From assembly GCA_963546395.1 (NCBI GenBank), contig CAUUMS010000003.1, positions 82,833-146,832 on the forward strand: a DNA stretch of 64,000 nt, written 5' to 3'. Origin of the DNA: an uncultured Bacteroidia bacterium. GTDB taxonomy: Bacteria > Bacteroidota > Bacteroidia > Bacteroidales > CAJPTX01. Positions 30,182-38,601 of the stretch are shown piece by piece. The position numbers were made by a program, and so were the translations under genes. Below the pieces are notes generated by a model, which was not told where the DNA came from, did not search any database, and saw only the letters and a list, made by a program, of their open reading frames with translations. The number at the start of each line of letters is the position of its first letter. Within the stretch, counting starts at the first letter, position 1.

Positions 30182-30712
30182 CTACAGCCCCTGTACCCAC
30201 TGGTAGGCCAATCGTGGCGAGCCGTCGAGCATGTGCACGATGCCGCAGTATTGGAATCCGTGAGACTCTAACAGCGTCACCATTGGACGATTGTCCTGGT
30301 GCGTATCGGCTCGTAGATTACCTAACTGATGCTTGCACCAGCTCAGGCAGCACTGTCCCACGCCGGGCGTTAGTCCCAGTGTGGCCAGCCGATGGATGGT
30401 GCCGTAGGGTAGGGGATTGAGCCATGCCCCCTCGATGTGCGCGTAGGTGGGCTCGGTGCCGGTTTGCAGGCAGAATGTCCCCTGCGGCTCATTTCCAAGG
30501 GTGATCAGGTAGCACTGCTGCTGGGTGATGTCGCGCTGCACATCTGCCATGGCCGGGTAGCCGTTCCCCCACTGGGCCATGTTCCCATGTTGTCGCATGG
30601 CGGCACGCCCAGCATCCAGTATGCGTAGCACGCACTCAGCGTCTGCCGCTGTTGCGCGCCGCACCGTCATGGGGGCGATCCCCCTGCTGGGGCTCAGGCT
30701 CTCGATGCTCAA
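30182..30712 (-). CDS. GNAT family N-acetyltransferase
   Basis: GNAT-like layout (ATAADAECVLRIL..., ...HRLATLG..GVGQ..L.W). The start may be Met15 (30670). Confidence 0.7.
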   Translation of the reverse strand: MSIESLSPSRGIAPMTVRRATAADAECVLRILDAGRAAMRQHGNMAQWGNGYPAMADVQRDITQQQCYLITLGNEPQGTFCLQTGTEPTYAHIEGAWLNPLPYGTIHRLATLGLTPGVGQCCLSWCKHQLGNLRADTHQDNRPMVTLLESHGFQYCGIVHMLDGSPRLAYQWVQGL

Positions 30713-30715
30713 GGG

Positions 30716-31501
30716 TTATTGGGGGAGACCCGCATGGGGGCTGTGGGCGATGCGCTTCCGGAATGTGATGGAGACTAGCACGTACTCGATGATGGCGAGG
30801 GCGAGGCCGCCCCACCCGAGCAGTATTACGCTGGGAATGGAGAGCACGATGAAAACGATGTGCGGAAGTATGGCTCCCAGGGTGAATTGCTTGATTTTGA
30901 GTGAGAACATCGGTATCTCGCTCACGAGCAATATGCCCTGCGCAAGCACGATGGGGATGAGGCTGTAGGGGCACATGGCCATGCACGCAAATGGGCCCGC
31001 AGGTTGCGGGGCACTCACGGCCAGCGTGAGCCCGCACGTGAACAGGGCACTGGCTGGGGTAGCCAGGCCGAGGAAGTGGCTCGTTTGCCGGGTGTCGATG
31101 TTGAATTTACCGAGCCGGTAGGCAGAGAAGGCCGCTAGCAACAGGGGGAATAGGGCCAGCCCGTATGCCAGGGGGACGGGCATGGTGCCGCATGACCCGG
31201 CGCTCTCTAGCAGACGGAATTGGAGCTGCACGTACAGGATGGATGGCGCGAGGCCAAAGGTGATGAGATCGGCCAGGGAGTCGAGCTGGACACCGAGCGG
31301 GGATTGCACTCGCAGCAGCCGGGCCGTGAAGCCGTCGAAGAAGTCGAAGAGTGCCCCTGCGAATATGCACAGGACGGGAAGGTAGGGCTGCGTGGCGCCG
31401 AGCTTTAGCGCGAGCACGACGGCGGTGCACCCGCTTAGCAGGTTGAGCAGTGTGATACCGTTCGGTATGAAGGCCCTGAGCGTGCTGAGTATCCGCCGCA
31501 T
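30716..31501 (-). CDS. pssA: CDP-diacylglycerol--serine O-phosphatidyltransferase
   Basis: CDP-alcohol phosphatidyltransferase motif [23 protein letters not shown], which fits DGx2ARx8Gx3Dx3D. Start trimmed to [20 protein letters not shown]. Confidence 0.85.
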   Translation of the reverse strand: MRRILSTLRAFIPNGITLLNLLSGCTAVVLALKLGATQPYLPVLCIFAGALFDFFDGFTARLLRVQSPLGVQLDSLADLITFGLAPSILYVQLQFRLLESAGSCGTMPVPLAYGLALFPLLLAAFSAYRLGKFNIDTRQTSHFLGLATPASALFTCGLTLAVSAPQPAGPFACMAMCPYSLIPIVLAQGILLVSEIPMFSLKIKQFTLGAILPHIVFIVLSIPSVILLGWGGLALAIIEYVLVSITFRKRIAHSPHAGLPQ

Positions 31502-31525
31502 GTGTGTACCTCGGTTTTGGTCTGG

Positions 31526-31533
31526 CAAAGTTA
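31526..31533 (-). promoter_or_regulatory. -7 promoter box (TAacTTTG on the minus strand) for pssA
   Basis: caaagtta on the plus strand, 25 nt upstream of the pssA start. Confidence 0.4.
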
Positions 31534-31620
31534 GCAAACCCGTCCGGTTGCGGGGGCGTAAAGCTGACAGGGTGTGTGGTGCGCTGCGCCGCATGGGTAG
31601 GGCGTTTCGGTGGAATCGGC

Positions 31621-31628
31621 TACCTTTG
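31621..31628 (+). promoter_or_regulatory. -7 promoter box TAccTTTG for lepA
   Basis: Exact TAnnTTTG 17 nt upstream of the lepA ATG at 31645. Confidence 0.5.
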
Positions 31629-31644
31629 TGCAAAACCCGAGTCC

Positions 31645-33432
31645 ATGGATCGCATACGGAATTTCTGCATCATTGCGCACATCGATCACGGCAAGAGCAC
31701 GCTGGCCGATAGGATGATCGACATTACGCATGCCATTAATGCGCGTGATGCGCAGGCGCAGGTGCTCGACAACATGGACCTGGAGCGCGAGAAGGGCATC
31801 ACCATCAAGAGCCATGCCATTCGCATGGAGTACGAGTATGAGGGGGTGCCGTATCAGCTCAACCTCATCGATACGCCAGGGCATGTGGACTTCTCCTACG
31901 AGGTGAGCCGTGCGATAGCCTCTTGTGAGGGGGCCCTGCTGGTGGTGGATGCGAGCCAGGGGATACAGGCCCAAACGATCTCTAATCTCTACCTGGCACT
32001 TAATCACGACCTGGAGATTATCCCCGTCCTCAACAAGATCGACATGGACTCGGCTAAGCCCGAGGAGGTGTCCGATCAGATTGTCGACCTGATAGGGTGC
32101 AAGCGGGAGGATATACTTCAGGTGAGTGCCAAGACGGGTAAGGGGGTTGAGGAGGTGTTGCAGGCCATTCTCAAGCGTATTCCCCCGCCAAAGGGCGATC
32201 CGGACGCTCCCCTTCAGGCCCTCGTGTTCGACTCGGTGTTCAACTCATTCCGGGGCATCATTGCCTATTTCCGGGTGATGAATGGCACCCTGCGCACGGG
32301 GGACAAGGTGAAGTTCTTCAGCTCTAATCACCAGTACGAGGCTGATGAGATAGGGGCCCTACGCCTGGGGCTCTCCCCCGAGAAGGCCATCTCGGCCGGC
32401 AGCGTGGGGTATATCATCTCGGGCATTAAGGATTCGGCCGAGGTGCGGGTGGGCGATACCATCACGCATGTGGAGAGCCCTTGCCAGGAGGCCATTGCGG
32501 GATTTGAGGAGGTGAAGCCCATGGTGTTTGCCGGTCTCTACCCCGTGGATTCGGACGAGTATGAGAACCTGCGCATGTCGCTCGACAAGCTGCGTCTTAA
32601 CGATGCATCGCTCTCCTTTGAGCCGGAGAGCTCGCTGGCCTTGGGCTTCGGGTTCCGCTGTGGCTTTCTGGGGCTGCTGCACATGGAGATTGTCCAGGAG
32701 CGGCTCTACCGTGAGTTTGACATGGATGTCATCACCACGGTGCCCAACGTTAGCTATCGGGTCTACACCACACGGGGTGAGATGGTGGAGGTGCACAACC
32801 CGAGCGGTTTGCCCGACGTGACGCTCATTGAGCGCATTGAGGAGCCGACGATCGCGGCGCAGGTTATCACCAATACCGATTCGCTGGGCGTGGTGGTGAA
32901 GCTTTGCATCGATAAGCGAGGGACGCTCGTGAACCAGGTGTTCCTCACCTCGGATCGCGTTGAGCTCACCTTTAACATGCCGCTGAGTGAGATTGTGTTC
33001 GATTTTTATGACAAGCTCAAATCCATCTCCCGCGGCTACGCATCGTTCGATTACCACATCAACGGGTTCCAGGCGGCCACGCTGGTGCGTCTCGACATCC
33101 TGCTGAATGGGGACAAGGTGGATGCGCTCTCGACGCTTATACATCGGGATTACGCATATAACTTTGGTCGGAAAATGTGCGAGAAGCTCAAGGAGCTGAT
33201 CCCACGGCAGCAGTTCGACATTGCCATACAGGCAGCCATTGGGGCCAAGATCATTGCCCGTGAGACGGTGAAAGCCGTCCGCAAGGATGTTACGGCTAAG
33301 TGCTACGGGGGCGATATCTCCCGTAAGCGCAAGCTACTAGAGAAGCAGAAGAAGGGTAAGAAGCGCATGCGTCAGGTGGGCAACGTGGAGGTTCCGCAGG
33401 AGGCCTTCCTGGCTGTGCTCAAGATGGATTAG
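31645..33432 (+). CDS. lepA: Elongation factor 4 (LepA)
   Basis: [35 protein letters not shown], and the LepA C-terminal domain. Track ORF trimmed to Met48. Confidence 0.95.
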   Translation: MDRIRNFCIIAHIDHGKSTLADRMIDITHAINARDAQAQVLDNMDLEREKGITIKSHAIRMEYEYEGVPYQLNLIDTPGHVDFSYEVSRAIASCEGALLVVDASQGIQAQTISNLYLALNHDLEIIPVLNKIDMDSAKPEEVSDQIVDLIGCKREDILQVSAKTGKGVEEVLQAILKRIPPPKGDPDAPLQALVFDSVFNSFRGIIAYFRVMNGTLRTGDKVKFFSSNHQYEADEIGALRLGLSPEKAISAGSVGYIISGIKDSAEVRVGDTITHVESPCQEAIAGFEEVKPMVFAGLYPVDSDEYENLRMSLDKLRLNDASLSFEPESSLALGFGFRCGFLGLLHMEIVQERLYREFDMDVITTVPNVSYRVYTTRGEMVEVHNPSGLPDVTLIERIEEPTIAAQVITNTDSLGVVVKLCIDKRGTLVNQVFLTSDRVELTFNMPLSEIVFDFYDKLKSISRGYASFDYHINGFQAATLVRLDILLNGDKVDALSTLIHRDYAYNFGRKMCEKLKELIPRQQFDIAIQAAIGAKIIARETVKAVRKDVTAKCYGGDISRKRKLLEKQKKGKKRMRQVGNVEVPQEAFLAVLKMD

Positions 33433-33535
33433 CTGCGGTGCCACTGGGGCCGAGGCCTGCTGGCTGGTGCGCGGAAGTGGCTGAGTTTTGCACCTCAGGC
33501 GGAGATGGCCTGGAGGGTGCCAGCGTGGCGTAGGT

Positions 33536-34309
33536 ATGGGAGCTTTGAGTTGGCTGTTTCCCCGGCGTGGGGTTCGCTTGCAGGCTTACCAGCGAGGCAT
33601 CATGCGACGCTACCTTCGGGAGGGTGAGGGCTGGCAGTCGCACTTGCGCCAGTCGCAGTCGGCCATTCTCCGGTTCGTGCATAGGTATCGCCCATCGGGG
33701 CTCAACGTGCTTGGCAGCGGGTGGCTGCTCGATTTCCCCATGGAGTACCTCCTGCGCATGGGGCTCACGCTGCACCTCTACGATTTGGCGCATCCCCCGC
33801 AAGTGGTGGCCAGATATGCCGATGAGCCGCTGGTTCAGTTCCACACGCTCGATGTTACGGGCGGGTTGCTAGCCTTGCTGCGAGAGCTACCATCTAGCCG
33901 ATCGGCCCTACAGACCCTGGGGGAGCAGATGCAGCAGCTGCGTGTGCCCACCGATGAGCTTTGCACTCAGCACCCCGTGGTGTCGCTCAACCTGCTGAGC
34001 CAGTTGCCCTACCCATTGCTGGAGATGTGGGACAGTGCTCCCCAGCTCCCCGGAATGATAGAGACCCTCCAGTCTGCCCACCTTGCGCTCCTGAGGGCTT
34101 TCCCTGCGGCCCTGCTTATCAGCGATGTTGAGGAGCTGCATTACCCCAAAGGCTCTGGGGCTGTGCAATCGGTTGTCCCTACTGTGGTGGCCGATATACC
34201 CCCGCTCTGCGGTGAGAGGCGGTGGACTTGGCATTTCGATACTACGGGGAACTATTTGCCCGACATGCGGGTTGAATTGAATGTGGTGGCAGGCGTGTTG
34301 CAGCGATAA
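33536..34309 (+). CDS. Hypothetical protein (possibly a divergent SAM-dependent methyltransferase fold)
   Basis: 257 aa from the first ATG. The only hint is a weak motif-I-like NVLGSGWLLD. No confident family. Confidence 0.45.
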   Translation: MGALSWLFPRRGVRLQAYQRGIMRRYLREGEGWQSHLRQSQSAILRFVHRYRPSGLNVLGSGWLLDFPMEYLLRMGLTLHLYDLAHPPQVVARYADEPLVQFHTLDVTGGLLALLRELPSSRSALQTLGEQMQQLRVPTDELCTQHPVVSLNLLSQLPYPLLEMWDSAPQLPGMIETLQSAHLALLRAFPAALLISDVEELHYPKGSGAVQSVVPTVVADIPPLCGERRWTWHFDTTGNYLPDMRVELNVVAGVLQR

Positions 34310-34336
34310 CGCATGGCATCGCCTTCGGACTTTTCT

Positions 34337-34344
34337 TATCTTTG
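34337..34344 (+). promoter_or_regulatory. -7-like box TAtcTTTG
   Basis: Exact TAnnTTTG, but about 260 nt upstream of the recX start, so the assignment is uncertain. Confidence 0.25.
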
Positions 34345-34603
34345 CAGTATGGGCAGGGTGAATTGGAAGCTTGGGGCTCGGGGGGTGACAGGAATCGCCC
34401 GCATGAATCCCAGCAGAGTATGTCGCTTTTGGGAGGGATTGCCGTCATCGACGGGTTATGCTGCGACGATGGTGGTGAGTGCTTACGTGGCCCTGCCAGT
34501 GCTAGAATCGGGTGTATTTATGGGCCATTGTTCCCGTTGGGCTATCTGAGTGGGAGTCGAGAGCAGGAAGAGGTCTCCCATCGACCCTTTTGTGCAAGAC
34601 TGT

Positions 34604-35116
34604 ATGGATAGAAAAAGTCGTTACGCCAATAACACGTACGAGCAGTGGCTTGAACGGGCACAGCGTTTCTGCGCGAGCCGTGAGCGGTGTGCTAGCGAGG
34701 TGCTGCGCTACCTGGATGGATTTGACTGCCCCCCGGCACTCATGCAGCAGGTGGTGGCAGCCCTTACGAGTGATGGATTCATTGATGAGCTCCGATTTGC
34801 TCGAGCTTTTGCGCGCGATAAGGCTCGGCTCTCGGCGTGGGGTGAGATTAAGATTCGCCACGCGCTGGCAGCGCGCCGGGTGAGCCGTGAGGCCATCGAT
34901 GAGGTGCTGCGTGACCTGCACGAGTCGGGTGAGCTGCCCGATCTGTATGCGGTACTGTCCCGCAAGGTGGCCAATATGTATGTCAATGAGGAGGACACGG
35001 TGCTCTGGGCCCGCCTTTTGCGTTTTGCCTACAGCAGGGGGTTCCACCCCGAGGAGGCGCAGCGCATTGTTCGGCAGGTGATGCGTGAGCATGCGAGTCC
35101 GTCAAGTGAGGAGTAG
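34604..35116 (+). CDS. recX: Regulatory protein RecX
   Basis: RecX-like repeated three-helix pattern (RAQRFCASRERCASEVLRYL, ...FIDELRFARAFARDK....WG..KIRHAL..R.V). Start at MDRKS. Confidence 0.8.
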   Translation: MDRKSRYANNTYEQWLERAQRFCASRERCASEVLRYLDGFDCPPALMQQVVAALTSDGFIDELRFARAFARDKARLSAWGEIKIRHALAARRVSREAIDEVLRDLHESGELPDLYAVLSRKVANMYVNEEDTVLWARLLRFAYSRGFHPEEAQRIVRQVMREHASPSSEE

Positions 35117-35164
35117 ATTTGCACCCTGTTCAAACGGGGTCGGTAGCAATTAAAATCTAGTTGT

Positions 35165-35830
35165 ATGCGGCAGGATGCACCATTGCGTCGTATAGCACCG
35201 TCGCTCCTTTCGGCAGACTTCGGGCACCTGGCTCATGAGGTGGCTATGCTGGAGGATAGCGCGGCTGAGTGGATCCATCTCGACGTGATGGATGGCGTTT
35301 TTGTCCCGAATATCTCGTTCGGGTTCCCCGTTATTCAGGCTGTACGGGCACTGACCCGTAAGGTGTTGGATGCGCATCTGATGATTGTCCATCCGGAGCG
35401 TTATTTGAGCCAATTTGCCGATGCGGGGGTGAATTGCCTGACGGTGCACTACGAGGTTTGTCCCCACTTGCATCGGGTGCTTCAGCAGATCCGTCAGCTT
35501 GGTATGCAGGCCGGGGTGGCCATCAATCCGCACACGCCACCCGAGCTGCTGCGGGATGTGCTGCTAGATGCCGACCTGGTGCTACTGATGAGCGTGAACC
35601 CGGGGTTCGGGGGGCAGTCGTATATCCCGAGTTCCACGGAGCGTATACGGCGGCTCGCCACGCTGATTGCTGAGGCTGGTAGCAGTGCCCTCATAGAGGT
35701 GGATGGTGGCATCGGTGAGCAGAATGCTGCTGCTGTGTGGGCCGCGGGGGCTAATGTTCTCGTGGCGGGGAGTGCCGTCTTCGGTAGCCCTAATCCTGCG
35801 CAGGCCATCGAGGCCATGCTTAGGGCCTAG
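35165..35830 (+). CDS. rpe: Ribulose-phosphate 3-epimerase
   Basis: IAPSLLSADF..L, HLDVMDG.FVPN, MSVNPGFGGQ, EVDGG. All are canonical Rpe motifs. Confidence 0.9.
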   Translation: MRQDAPLRRIAPSLLSADFGHLAHEVAMLEDSAAEWIHLDVMDGVFVPNISFGFPVIQAVRALTRKVLDAHLMIVHPERYLSQFADAGVNCLTVHYEVCPHLHRVLQQIRQLGMQAGVAINPHTPPELLRDVLLDADLVLLMSVNPGFGGQSYIPSSTERIRRLATLIAEAGSSALIEVDGGIGEQNAAAVWAAGANVLVAGSAVFGSPNPAQAIEAMLRA

Positions 35831-35860
35831 TTGCTATTACACCTTACACCACGCGCAGTA

Positions 35861-36634
35861 ATGCCCACTTCCCTTTTTGAAGACATCATATTCGGCCCAG
35901 TGCGTAGCCGGCGGCTGGGCGTTTCGCTCGGTATCAACTTGTTGCCGCAGCACAACAAGTATTGCAATTTCAACTGCATCTACTGCGAATGTGGCTGGAC
36001 GAGTCGCAAGCAGCTACCCGACCTGCCCCCATTTCAGCTTGTGCACGAGCGGCTTGAGCAGCGACTGAGCACCATGCATCAGCAGGGTGAGCCGTTGGAT
36101 GTCATCACCTTTGCGGGCAATGGCGAGCCTACGATGCACCCGCATTTTGCGGATGTGGTCGATAGTGCTATAACGCTGCGGGACAGATATTACCCAGAGG
36201 CGAAGGTGGTGGTGCTGTCTAACGCTAGCATGCTGACGCACCCGCGGGTTGCGGAGGCCTTGCGACGGGTGGATAAGCCAGTGCTGAAGCTCGACTCGGC
36301 TATCGATAGCACTTTTCAGCTCATCAATGGCCCTCTCATGCCGCTCACGGCGCAGCAGGTTATCGGGCACCTGCTGGATTTTGGGCATGATTTTACCCTG
36401 CAAACTCTCTTCCTGCGGGGACAGTTCGATGGGCAACGCGTAGATAATACCACGGAGTTAGAAGTGGGGGCCTGGCTTGCCGCCGTGGAGAAGATACGCC
36501 CACGCGATGTGATGATTTATACGCTCGACCGTGATACGCCAGCCAGTGGCCTGGTGAAGGTGCCAATGGATGATCTCCAGTCCATTGCGCGACGAGTAGA
36601 GGCCCTAGGTATCCCTACGCAGGTGCGGGGGTAG
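35861..36634 (+). CDS. Radical SAM protein (small housekeeping-type, no SPASM domain)
   Basis: CNFNCIYC (Cx3Cx2C) after GPVRSRRLGVSLGINL. 257 aa from the first ATG. Abuts rpe. Confidence 0.75.
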   Translation: MPTSLFEDIIFGPVRSRRLGVSLGINLLPQHNKYCNFNCIYCECGWTSRKQLPDLPPFQLVHERLEQRLSTMHQQGEPLDVITFAGNGEPTMHPHFADVVDSAITLRDRYYPEAKVVVLSNASMLTHPRVAEALRRVDKPVLKLDSAIDSTFQLINGPLMPLTAQQVIGHLLDFGHDFTLQTLFLRGQFDGQRVDNTTELEVGAWLAAVEKIRPRDVMIYTLDRDTPASGLVKVPMDDLQSIARRVEALGIPTQVRG

Positions 36635-36834
36635 GGGGCTTGCTGCGCTTAGCAGCCAATATTGCCAGGGGTGGGCTGATTTGCGGCTTAGCGCAGTGCG
36701 TGTGCAAAGAGTAGAGCTGACGCACCACGTCCTCGGGCGAATGCGGTGCGGCGCACTCGTAAAGTGCTTGTGGCACTCGGCAGTGAAGACCGGTCTACAA
36801 TCTGTGACGACCGCTACGGTTGCGGTGGGGGCTG

Positions 36835-37608
36835 CTAGAGCAACTTGAGGTGAGTGGCTACTGCAATGGCCTCGGAGATGCTGCTAACGTTAAGTTTTGT
36901 AAAAATATTCTTGCGGTAGTATTTTACGGCATCCTTGGATTTATTGATTTTCAAGGCGATTTCGTTGATCGACAACCCCTGGTGGGCCATGCGAATCATG
37001 GCCAATTCATTCTCGGTCAGAAGAACGTGATCTACAGGCTTCCAGCTTTTGCTCTTCCGTGAGAAGTACCACATTTGTTGGCGATTGCAGGAGCAGATGC
37101 GGGCGGTGCGAGCTTTCCGCGATGGGGCCAATGACACCAGGCAAAGGGCTAGCCAGATGTTGCCATCCGCATCCAATTTCAGGGGGGTAATCTGGTGGTT
37201 GAGCAGGATGTTTACCTTGGGATTATCATCGAAAATGTGGAGGTTGTAGGATAGGGTGTATTTACAGCGATCGGAGATATCAAGGCGCGTGAAGAAGTCG
37301 AGGCCTGCCTTGTTGATCTGCATGAGGAAGTCGAGATCTTCTGCTAGCACATGCTTGTGATAGAAGTTGAACCCCTCCTGCAGCATCGTTTCCACGCTCT
37401 CCCCGCATAGAAAAAGCGGATTGCCGGATACGTGGAGGAAGTTTAGCCGGAAGAAGTCGATGATGTAAATGGACTGGTAGGTGACGCGTTCAAACGCTGA
37501 TGCACACTCGATGTGATGTCGTACCTCAGAGTATGCTTCTTCGGCAACCTGTGGACAAATTCCCGGCGGCAGTAGCGACCGGACGATGTCAGTGAGTCGT
37601 AGATCCAT
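36835..37608 (-). CDS. LuxR/GerE-family transcriptional regulator with an N-terminal PAS-like sensor domain
   Basis: C-terminal HTH LTENELAMIRMAHQGLSINEIALKINKSKDAVKYYRKNIFTKLNV. The gene is AT-rich compared with its neighbours. It is divergent from the peptide operon. Confidence 0.8.
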   Translation of the reverse strand: MDLRLTDIVRSLLPPGICPQVAEEAYSEVRHHIECASAFERVTYQSIYIIDFFRLNFLHVSGNPLFLCGESVETMLQEGFNFYHKHVLAEDLDFLMQINKAGLDFFTRLDISDRCKYTLSYNLHIFDDNPKVNILLNHQITPLKLDADGNIWLALCLVSLAPSRKARTARICSCNRQQMWYFSRKSKSWKPVDHVLLTENELAMIRMAHQGLSINEIALKINKSKDAVKYYRKNIFTKLNVSSISEAIAVATHLKLL

Positions 37609-37627
37609 GGCGTTATTGCTATAGTGG

Positions 37628-37635
37628 CAAATTTA
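37628..37635 (-). promoter_or_regulatory. -7 promoter box (TAaaTTTG on the minus strand) for the LuxR-type gene
   Basis: caaattta on the plus strand, 20 nt upstream of the start at 37608. Confidence 0.4.
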
Positions 37636-37974
37636 ATGGATCCGTCGGAGTTTAAGCGTTGCCAGCGCATGGGATTTGCGTTGCTCGAGGAGGCATGTAT
37701 GTTATGATTGCCTCGTTTGAATGCAAAGTCATGAATTTGCACTAGCCTCCTAGTCGTGTAAACGCTAAGATACCGGGCCTTAAGTGGATTCGCTACGAAT
37801 TGCAAGATCGTTGCCACCTAGTAATAAAATAGGACTTCATTTGATCCCTCTTAGGTGTAGATTGGGGTGATTGTGATTCTCCTTGCGCGAGAGGCCTTGC
37901 GCCCTGTGCTGTGATGCGGAGATGGAGAGTTTCATACTTTCTTGGTAAGCATTTTGAGAGGCAAAGGGCCGTGA

Positions 37975-38012
37975 TTACCCGATGGGGTAAAAGTGGCATT
38001 ATTACCCTTTTG
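37975..38012 (+). promoter_or_regulatory. Candidate operator/promoter of the peptide operon
   Basis: Palindrome TTACCC-gatg-GGGTAA (37975..37990) plus a third TTACCC half-site (38002..38007). The half-site overlaps a near-consensus -7 box TAcccTTTTG (38003..38012). Confidence 0.3.
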
Positions 38013-38296
38013 TGTATTGTGAGCGTTGAGGTGTGTTCCGAAATTTGCAATCGTAAAGGAGATGACGACGGTGCCAATGGGGCGCAAAAGTGGATTTCCT
38101 ATTACAAAATGGCAGGTTGCTGACGAGTGATTTGCTAGGCGTGGGGTGTGGGAGCACGTGATTCTGCACTTTCGCTTTCAGAGGGGAGGCTTACTTCGAA
38201 GGTTCCTTCTGAAAGATGAGGTCGGTAAATCCTCAACGCCAAAAGCCGCAGCGAATGGGTCGCTGTGAGGTGTTTCAATCGTAATTACTACGAGTA

Positions 38297-38500
38297 ATGA
38301 TAGAGAAATTGAATTTTGATGAGCTTCAGCCGTCAGCGTTTGAAGCTATCGTGGGTGGGGCTGATAATGATGCCCAGGTGCAAGGATTTTTCGGTCTGAT
38401 TATCTGCTGTAATGACAAAAAGAAGAAGCCGAAGCCGCCAGATCAAGTGGTGAAGCCAGATGCTGTCAGTGGAAATGGAGGAGATGGTGGTATCCAGTAA
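38297..38500 (+). CDS. RiPP/bacteriocin precursor peptide with a double-glycine leader
   Basis: 67 aa: MIEKLNFDELQPSAFEAIVGG / ADNDAQVQGFFGLIICCNDKKKKPKPPDQVVKPDAVSGNGGDGGIQ. The leader has hydrophobic residues at -4, -7, -12 and -15 and GG at -2/-1. It is the first gene of an operon that encodes a rSAM maturase and a C39-ABC exporter. Confidence 0.75.
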   Translation: MIEKLNFDELQPSAFEAIVGGADNDAQVQGFFGLIICCNDKKKKPKPPDQVVKPDAVSGNGGDGGIQ

Positions 38501-38535
38501 CTTTTAGGATACAAATCATGTCCTAGACAATGAGA

Positions 38536-38580
38536 GGGGGGAAGCTGGACTTCTCCAGTTTCCCCCCATTTTCTTTCATT
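38536..38580 (+). terminator. Hairpin attenuator/terminator between the precursor and maturase genes
   Basis: 14-bp stem ggggggaagctgga/tccagtttcccccc (one G-U pair), loop cttc, then the T-rich attttctttcatttc. Confidence 0.65.
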
Positions 38581-38601
38581 TCAGTCTGAAGGAGGTAGCC
38601 A

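Noticed and set aside
35861-36634. The radical SAM gene next to rpe, considered as part of the RiPP locus.
   Set aside because: It lacks RRE and SPASM modules and has housekeeping-like GC content. It is fused to the rpe transcription unit and is separated from the locus by the convergent LuxR-type gene and the compositional break.
38062-38130. An SD-preceded 22-aa mini-ORF (MTTVPMGRKSGFPITKWQVADE) in the control region, considered as a second precursor.
   Set aside because: It has no GG leader, no Cys, and no similarity to the 67-aa peptide. It is likely a chance ORF in the 5' leader.
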